A stretch of 59,203 nucleotides of DNA, the filler included, from Diploschistes diacapsis (Eukaryota), in the NCBI GenBank assembly GCA_023645945.1. It is 5 parts of 5 records of this genome, joined end to end, with 100 filler letters (N's around TTAATTAATTAA, not from the genome) between each part and the next. Parts side by side here need not be neighbours in the genome. Positions count along the whole stretch, not along the records: positions 47,480 to 59,203 come from JALAIB010000805.1; 4 more parts are not named here. The stretch is one strand, 5' to 3'. The position numbers were made by a program, and so were the translations under genes. Shown here in pieces: positions 50,849 to 59,203 of this stretch. The stretch's first letter is position 1, and every line of letters begins with the position of its first letter. The notes under the pieces are model-generated. The model did no database searches, was not told the origin of the DNA, and worked only from the letters and a program-made list of their open reading frames with translations.

Positions 50849-51457
50849 GCAAGCCTTTCAGAGTATTGCTGAGCGCAATCGCTGGCTGTTATGGTGTCAC
50901 TTGAGGTTAGTAGGAAACGCTTCGTGGCTGACTGCTGAAAGTGTCAGGTATCTGGGAATCGATGTGAGGTTGGCCAACCACGTCTGTCCTAGTTCGCTCA
51001 TCAGACTCGCATTGCGGCAGAGGGTGATCCAACTGGTGGCCCGTGGGGGGGTTACCGCCTACGTCCGAGTCTTCACGAGGTTCAAGAATGCGACAACTTG
51101 ATAACAGAATTGCTTTGATAAACCGAAGCAGCGCCTCCTACTGTAGTAGCGGAAAAGTACATGGGTGAGGGTGAGGGTGACCTCGTGACCTCGTGCTACT
51201 GGTGTGCACCACGACTTTTGGGGGACTTTCCCATAACCACTAACATACACTTAGTTGAGCACAGTTCCCGTGCATATGAGAAGCATCCTAGATTATACCG
51301 CGTAGGGGTTGGGATAAGAACAGTCGCGTAGCTCAGAGGCTCAGACCCGTACTGTGCGCTCAGCTATCTAAAACTCCCAAATATCTGTAGCACGCTACAA
51401 AGACATCATCCTCATCCCCAACACACGAGGCACACACATCCCCTCCGCGTCACGCCG

Positions 51458-53310
51458 TCAATCATGAACCTTACAAACCACCAGTTTCCCTACTTGAGGA
51501 TTCCAGCCCATTAGCAACGTGACGCGTACGTTCTTCATCTGGTACTCAAGACTTTTCAGCGCATGAGGTGTTTCGCTCACAAGCTCTGCCACTGTGCGGC
51601 CTAGCAGCAGATGCCAGGCTTCACTAGCCCAGATAAGTTTACCACCGTTGATTGAGCCTGTTTCGTCGCTGAGCTGTCCAATCTAAAACCATTGAGGTGA
51701 GAACTTGCTGCATCGGAGAACTACCTGGACTCTTACTACGCGAGGGTTCGGCCGTAGCGCGACCTGTCGTTCGCATTGCTTGCATTTGGTTTGGGTGGCA
51801 TTAGCAAACGTGGGCACGCCGCAACTGCCAAGGTATCAGCTTGTAGAATCGTTCGGATCTTAACGACAGGGTGGAGAGCCTACCATTCAGCACTGCAAAG
51901 CATGTGCCGCGCATGGAGCTTCGCCAGCTGTAGCTCTGTTATATGTAGACTGAAGTATCCCATAAAGGTCTCTGTTGTATCCGCGCCTTAACTTCCAGGA
52001 GTACTTGATTACCATAACCTTGATCTTCTCACCTAATGGCCCTGCCCTAGCGCTACACCTTCTTAGCCCTTCGTTTACTCGGTCATGAACTTACGCACAA
52101 CTCATCAATCTCAGCGAGAGTGTACTTGATTCGATACTGCGAGCTCTCGAATTGGTCGATATCGAAAACTAGGGAATGATTCAGCATACAGCTTGTATCA
52201 CATAAGTCTCATATTTACCTTCACGAGGAAAAGGGGGGTTAACATGATTTCTCTTAGCTATATTCTGTGCGTGATTTCGCAGCCAGTCTGCATCGTACAT
52301 GTTCGGATCAACGTCGACATAGGTATTTGGATTTATGGAAAGGTTTTTCTTCCCACCATCTTTCCAGCCAGGATTAGTGACGAGCAGTACTGTAACTGAA
52401 GGTCTCCACAGAGCGACTGAATCCATTAGTGCATCCCACACACAAAGCATTGTTTCGATGGTGTCGTCAAATACAACGACCTCCAGGACATCGGCCGTTT
52501 TGTCCTGAGAGTCCTTTCTCCAGGTCACTATATGAGCATCAGCTAGCATGTCGCTGAGTACTGATCAAGACGCTAACCGCGCTTCCTGTGACCTATGCTT
52601 TTAACACATATTAGGATCTTGCAGTCTAGAACATCATGACCACCCTCGATAAAGCTTTTGAGAGTCATAAGTTCTGGTAGCGTTCTCCCGTTGTAGCCTA
52701 AAGGGGTCTTGCAAATTATGCTGTCGTTTTCGGTTTCTGCTTCACAGATCTCCAGGTGACAGCTGTTGTCCCTCTCTGGGAATATACTTACGTAAAGCCC
52801 TTCGTGCTGAGAAGAGGCCTTTGGGTCATTTGCAGAAACATGCGGAGTCCAAACGGATATTAGCAAGCCTAAACGCACAGGAGGACTGGCGTCAACATAG
52901 AACATCTTGATCTGAGGATCGAAAGATTAGTATGTTAGTTACTTCCCCCTGGTACCAGGTCCAAAGGAATTCAGTACCACTATGATTCCAGTATCGTCTC
53001 TGACGACCATCTTTACGTGCCCAGATGCTTTGAGTCCCTGGGAATGTGAAGAACTCCATGGCTTCTTGGATAGATTCACGATACGACCAACAATCTTCAC
53101 ACAGCCTGGGCCAGGCATGATAGAGTCAATGTCTTTCGCGGCATAGCGTACTTTTGGAGACCAAGAAAAAGAGCTTGAAGCTGGTTTGGTCAAATGGAGC
53201 TCTTGCGATGCGAAGCCATCCCCTGCAAGAGGAAGTGAAGGCGGAGCCCTAGCAGAGCTCTGTTGGCCCAGTCGATCATAGAAGCTTTGAATGGAAGGCT
53301 GGTCGAGCAT
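51458..53310 (-). CDS. Multi-OB-fold nucleic-acid-binding protein (RPA1/MEIOB-like), multi-exon
   Basis: PGPGCVKIVGRIVNL, VRDDTG, ILICVKSIG, VFDDT..LCVWD, LLVTNPG, Cys pairs (CGY..CXQC), LSDETGSI..LLWASEAW.LLLG. Confidence 0.65.
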
Positions 53311-53889
53311 TGTCGACTGAGTTTCAAAGTGCAAAGAAACGAAAATACAACGAGGATTTTGTGGACCGTTGAGGGCTACTTTAGCGATAAGGCTGGGCTG
53401 AAAGCACCCGTGATCAAGAGAAGCAGGAAATAAAACGAGGCCGTCGTTTAGTCTACCTACTACAGATCTGTACTTGCGGTCTGCTGACAACGTTCCGTAT
53501 TGATTCCCAGAGCAGTCCTATCAAGTGCTACGATAGAGCGTCTTGCGTTCCTTGGTCCTCCTCGGATTATTATAGCTCTGCTGCAAGCGGTTTCTTCTCC
53601 GTTAGTCTCTGGACTTGATCCATCTACCACCCATGGAATGTTGTCTTAATGGCATTTGTGACATAGGCAAGAAAAAAGAAAGATATGCAAAGCTCACAGT
53701 GACAGATCACTCGAACTATGCTTGCTTGTTGAAGCCAGAACCTCATTGGACCGTCTGTTTCAATATCATAAGAGACAATTTGTGTTTGATAAGTCAACAG
53801 CTACCGAAACGATCGTGATGCCCTAGTGGTTTAACAGAGACAGTGTGGCTGAACCCATGTTGCCCTTGGAATATCAAAATATACTCACC

Positions 53890-54912
53890 CTAGCCTAAGG
53901 AAAGAGCTGTGCTCCAAGGTCATGTCGGACCCAGGTTGAAGCCCAACACACGCTCTGAAGTTATTGGTCAAGACTGCTCGTTCCTTCGCCAATGCATTAA
54001 CAACCGGGGTACCGGGTGGAGTCAAGGGAGCCTAGCTAGCTATCAACAGAGGCAACTGTCTCTTTCGGCGTTCGGACTGATACCTTGAGCATGTAACTAA
54101 GAACACTGAGCACACTGGGGAAGCCTCTATATTCCCGTTCGGATGAGCTTCGAGACTCAAGCTTCCAGGAGATAGGAGTCATGACTTCTATAATAGCCCA
54201 TAAAATTTTGACGTAATAGTCATCAAGAGCACGCTTGTTGTCCCAAACGGCGGGCATGTACTTAATGACGATAGTGTGGTCAGGATGCTCCCTTACCTAT
54301 ACAGAATATGATTAGCATTGGGGATGTCGTCAACTACGTTGGACTTGGATATTTCCTTGGATCAAACCTGTGTTTGGGAGCTCAGGTTCATCCCGTCATT
54401 GTTTCCGAGATGGTTACAACTCGCGATGGACGTCAGCTTCAAACCAGCATTGACCATGAAGTCAACAAGAGCAGACTTCATGTTAAGTTGGCCAGACTTG
54501 GAAGTCGTCTCCCCCAATGAAAGCCCTATGTTTTTCGGCAAGGGTGATAACGCCAGGAACGAAGGTGTTCTGAGGGGACCCGTTGATGAATGGCGAGTCT
54601 TTTAGATACGGGCGATAGCAAATATTGTTGAAGGCGCAACCTTGCTGTGGCCGGTCTCGATAGCTTCCAAGAGGTTCTCAGCATTGTCGTTAACCCCAGT
54701 AACAAGATCCGCAAAGCGCTCCGTGTTTGCGGTCCAGAGCACAATAATAACCTTATCTGGATCGTTTACAGTCTTGTATTTGCTATCCGCACATTTAGTA
54801 TAATCTGAGTATATGTAATTCTTTCGTGGTTACCGAATATCCTCGCGGATGTGCTCCACATCTGCTATGGACGCCTTCGAGCCCGGAATAAAATTGTTAG
54901 CGCGCTCTGCTT
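53890..54912 (-). pseudogene. INO1: Inositol-3-phosphate synthase pseudogene (C-terminal ~half recognisable)
   Basis: [88 protein letters not shown]. Stops at 54602-54604 and 54362-54364, a frameshift near 54500, and the HN(I/T)CEDSLLA block is missing. Confidence 0.88.
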
Positions 54913-55307
54913 GTGAAGTTGAAGTTTTGCGGCAATAATTCAAAGAATTAATTGACCGTCGTCCAACTGTTAGCTGGTTTAGCTTCTTTCTTGTTGGGAC
55001 GAAGGCAAATAGCAGGGATGGATGTGCTGGATAAAGTGGGGCGAGCTAATATTTGGACGACGATAGGGCCTGTATGGGAAACCCTTCAGCAGAACTCACA
55101 TCAACCGTTGCGGACTGCAGTATAGCCAGCGATTACTATAGTCGTTCGCTTGGCTTAGGAACTATTGTTATTGAATGCATGCAATGTACAAGCTCCGAAT
55201 AAGATACCTGTGTACAGCTGAGTAAGGGTAAAAAGGGTAAAAGGGGTCTGGCGGTTACGGTTTAGGGGGGATGATGCCAAGCCTCCTCTGCAGCTTGTCA
55301 GGCGGCG

Positions 55308-55308
55308 C

Positions 55309-55360
<52 letters not shown>

Positions 55361-55361
55361 A

Positions 55362-55399
<38 letters not shown>

Positions 55400-55453
55400 A
55401 TAGTAGTAATAATAATAGTAGTAGTTAGTGGGTGGTATAGTAGTAGTAGTAGT
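55308..55453. repeat. (TAG)n/(TAA) trinucleotide microsatellite
   Basis: Long agtagtagt run with a few aat interruptions. Confidence 0.95.
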
Positions 55454-56402
55454 CATTTTTAATCTTAAAATTCAGATTTACATTGTTTCATTGGTTGGTC
55501 AGGTAATGCTACAAAACTGTCGATGGATGCATGCACAACGTCAATCATCTGCTTTCACCATGTGCTCTCCGTTGTGGAATTAATTAGCTCGTCCGAAATG
55601 GCACAGCAATTGGACTCTACTCCTGTGGATATCCGTGCCCACGGCGGCAACGTACCACGGATATTCCTTCGCCCCATTTCCGTTCGAGCTTCCGACAACT
55701 GGGGGCTCCGCTTGAATCCAAGTTACATTTTGATGGCTAAGAGAACTCTGATAACTGCTTTGTGTAGTGACCACAATAACTAGCCGACTAAGCCTGACAT
55801 GGTAAGCAGAGGAAGGAACAGACGTTTGTCGGTGAAACGTGATCGTCTGCGTAATTCCTTACCGAAGACAACGCCGGCGCATCAATAGCGTGGGAAAAGG
55901 TAGGATTGAGAACAAGCAGTCTGACTGGCTCTATCGTTAGTCCTAGCTAACAGTCTACTAGTCTACTAGTCTACTAGTCTATTAGCCTACACTAGTCTAC
56001 CAACTAGTCTACTACTATAACCGCCGGTCTTTGCCTGATTTGTCCAAATCTTTAATTTCGAGGAGCCTGAGTCTTAAGCCAGTCCTAGGGGGGGGAAGGA
56101 GTGCCATTGTCTTTCCTTCGCGTTCCCTTCATGTTCTCCTTTTTGTTCCAAGCCGTATACATTATCGTCGCGGTCAACTTCAAATGTTCATCGATACTTT
56201 TTGGAATTGCTCGTGGGCGTGGAGCGAGGGGCATTGCGGGTACCTGCAGCTTGGTCCCTGAGGCTCGGGGAGAAAGGTTTCACCAAAATACATATCGTTC
56301 CTTACATACCTTTTGGCCCAGTCCTGCATTCCCCATCAGCGACACCTCAGGCAACACTTCGAGTGACTTTTGCATATTTTGAGACATTGTCTATTACCGA
56401 CA

Positions 56403-58856
56403 ATGGCCTCTTACCATCAGGAACCAGGTTTTCTGCCTTCGATCAAGTGCTCTAGCTGTGGCCTTGAAACTGATATTGCACGCATGGGGGACCACAAGTG
56501 CGCTCATCAAGGTACAACGCCTACTTCGCTCTCACTACCCATCTTGGCTCATCATGGTTACAGCACCGGTGCCTTCGCATCAACCGTTCGCAAGATTCGC
56601 GAATGCGTACAACTCGATGAACGTTAGCCGAGCAGCCCCAGTCTCCCACAGGTCCAAGCCAGTCCCTGCTAGCATTGATACGGCCGTTACAAGTAAGTCA
56701 AAGGTAACTGAAGTTGCGACCCAAGCTCACCTTGAGAAAGATATTCCATTCCTCCCCCATGGTCCATCGACGCCATCGAGCCTCAACGGCAGTGGCCATG
56801 CTCAAGAACAGTTTATCAATCTCCGAGGCCCCCCTACGCCTTCGAGCATGCACAGCAATGGCCGCAGTGCATCCCCGGCCACTATTGCTAGTGGACGAAA
56901 GTCACCCTATCGAATGCCGCCACGGAGCGCTACAGCGCCGCTACCACCCCGATCTCCCTCGCCCGATCTTCCCTTACCGCAAGAGTGCGCTTTTCCAGTG
57001 TTTCCCACCGTGAAGTCACGTAGCACGACCTCAATGACTGCCAAGAAGACCACGACGGAGCAAGCAAAGACTGAGCTTTCACGGTTGCAACTACAATCGA
57101 ACGTGAGTGTCTCAAAGAGCAAGCGGGAGTCCGAAGGACCGGCACTGAGTCCAACCGTGCAAAGTCAAGATGGGACTAATTATGGCTCATTCTCACTTCC
57201 TGAAGTGCTCAAGGTGACCTCTCGTCCGGCAAGTCCGGCAATCTCGCATTCAAGTGGTCGAAGACCGTCTGTTTCGATCGTGGATTCGCATAGAAAATTC
57301 TCGTTCTCCAGCAACATACCTATTCCAGATTTGGCAACGCCAATGGAATTAATGCCACCTTTACAACTACAAATTGAAAGGGAGAACCCTCCGCAACTTC
57401 CCCCGTTACTAATGGTAGGCCCCCAAGGCAAGCCTCTGGGTCATCATCTAGCGGTTGCACCCGCGCCCACTGCTTCAGCAGCTCTGTCAATTCAGCGCAC
57501 TAAAAACCCACACATACGACGTCCTAGTCTGTCGGCTACGCATCGTCCCTTGAACGAGATTGGGAGCGTAAAGGCACATAAGCCAACGGATTCACGGGGC
57601 CGGTCATTGGCGAAGATCAACACAGATGTTAACGATGGTCTTCGAAGCGTTAGCGCATGTGGACAGAGGACGACTGCGTCAGTCGAAGATGCTCCGCCTG
57701 TCCCACAGCCAGCGGACAACAGAAGGTCGGGATGGTGTTTGCCACGGAGTGCTAGCGCCATTGGTACGTTCGAGCAGAGGCCTTTCGATACACCACCGCT
57801 ACCTCAACAAGCTCAATTCGATCATGTGGAGAACGATCCTAAGCCCAATCATATGTCAACTGAGTCGACCTCGTCGAATGAGTCACACAATACCTTCAGC
57901 GGCACTTCGAGCTCAAGATCGAGCCCACCAACGTCGTCTATTACGTCCAGTCCGGAAAGACGCTTTGCGGCCCTTGAAAGAGCACTTGAGTCTATCGGGC
58001 CAACGCCTTCGCAAGCCCCGACCGCTGCCTCTACCCCCGCAGAGGCACGACGTCGGCCGTCAGCGAAGAGTTTCAGCAGGCCTATGTATGCCACGACCGC
58101 ACCTCCGCCCGCACCTCCGCCACCTGCAGCACCGGCAGACTCGAAACCGCCTTCTCAACCGGAATCGCCCATGGATCCTGACTTGAAAGGTGGTCGCTTG
58201 CCACTTCTGACCACAGACGATAAGCATTTCCCGTCATCTGCATCGAGACAGCCTCAATATCCGCAATCTGCGGTCGACTCAACCTACAGAGGACCGAACA
58301 GCTTTCTTGACCTTGCTCCCCCTCCTCTAAACGTCCAAAGGCCGCCAGCACGTCGAGCGAGCACCAGTCACAAGGGTAATTGCAGAGGGTGCTCGGAGCT
58401 CATCACTGGAAAATCGGTCAGCTCTGCAGATGGTCGCCTCACAGGCCGCTGGCACAAGCAATGTTTCGTATGCAGGACCTGCAAAGAACCCTTTCCGACC
58501 ATGGATTTCTACGTGCTAGGAAACGATCCATACTGCAACCGCCATTATCACCAGCTCAACAGATCCTTGTGCTCAAACTGTGATCGAGGAATTGAGGGAC
58601 AGTACGTCGAGACGGAACAGCAAAAGTTCCATCCGCATTGCTTCAACTGTCGAGTAAGATCTGGTTACCCGAGGTAGTTTTGAAAGCCATGCTGACCTCG
58701 CTACAGGAATGCCACCTCATCCTCCGAGATAACTATTTTGAGCTCAACGGGAAAATCTACTGCGAGCAGCACGCCTTCCGACCCGATCATCTCACTGTCG
58801 GCTCTGCCAGAAGGTTCCCCGAAAGGAGGACCACACGGCTGATGATGATGCTGTGA
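56403..58856 (+). CDS. LIM-domain protein (paxillin-like) with N-terminal CxxC..H.C motif
   Basis: MASYHQEPGFLPSIKCSSCG..MGDHKC; long S/P-rich region; CRGC..WHKQCFVCRTC..YCNRHYH and CSNC..FHPHCFNCREC..YCEQHA; ends ERRTTRLMMML*. Confidence 0.88.
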
Positions 58857-59203
58857 GCGGTCTTTTGAGGAGGATGCAGCACCTCGTCTATTCTTCTGCG
58901 TTTCTTCGTGTTCATCTAGCGTTTCGCCTTCCATGATCTCATCTCTATTACGATTGCTTATACCATTCTCTGTTTCCGGAAGTCGAAGAGTTCTATTTTG
59001 ATCACAGCCTTATACCCTTTGATTTGGTTCTTGCAGAGCTTCCAAGCCTGCCATCAGCGAGCATTCTTGGCGGAAGGAACTTTCCTGGGAAGGGCATTGA
59101 ATATGTTCAACCCGCCACTACATCTTATGTGTAGATAATGTTTATACCTTAGTTCGATGATAATACGAACGAACCGTACTAGGGAAGAGAAAAAGCAGGG
59201 GGG

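Noticed and set aside
55271..55462. Poly-Val ORF
   Set aside because: Translation of the (TAG)n microsatellite.
55950..56015. (ctagtcta)n short repeats upstream of the LIM gene
   Set aside because: Low-complexity promoter repeat with no evidence of function.

Overview
Intron-containing genomic DNA of a filamentous ascomycete (Pezizomycotina-type genes, GT-AG introns with CTRAC branch sites). The window is five segments joined by identical 100-nt N44-TTAATTAATTAA-N44 linkers. Segment lengths fall steadily (11784, 11777, 11768, 11750, 11724 bp), so these are probably size-sorted, unlinked contigs and synteny across gaps should not be assumed. Segment 1: secreted multi-WSC protein, DUF6594-like gene, a nest of small transposon derivatives (PIF/Harbinger-like, Fot1/pogo-like MITEs, tRNA-like element). 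Segment 2: compact cluster of two NRPS-like A-T-R reductases, an aldo-keto reductase and a CCoAOMT-type O-methyltransferase, each with an apparent lesion. Segment 3: SesB-like hydrolase/NB-ARC/TPR fungal NLR with near-identical repeats, two hypothetical genes, an FAD monooxygenase. Segment 4: NPL6/RSC7, WHI2 with a likely non-AUG N-terminal extension, and a spliced 37-aa Cys-rich microprotein missing from the ORF track. Segment 5: EamA/DMT transporter, MEIOB/RPA-like OB-fold gene, INO1 pseudogene, LIM-domain protein. All calls come from reading motifs by eye; no searches were run.
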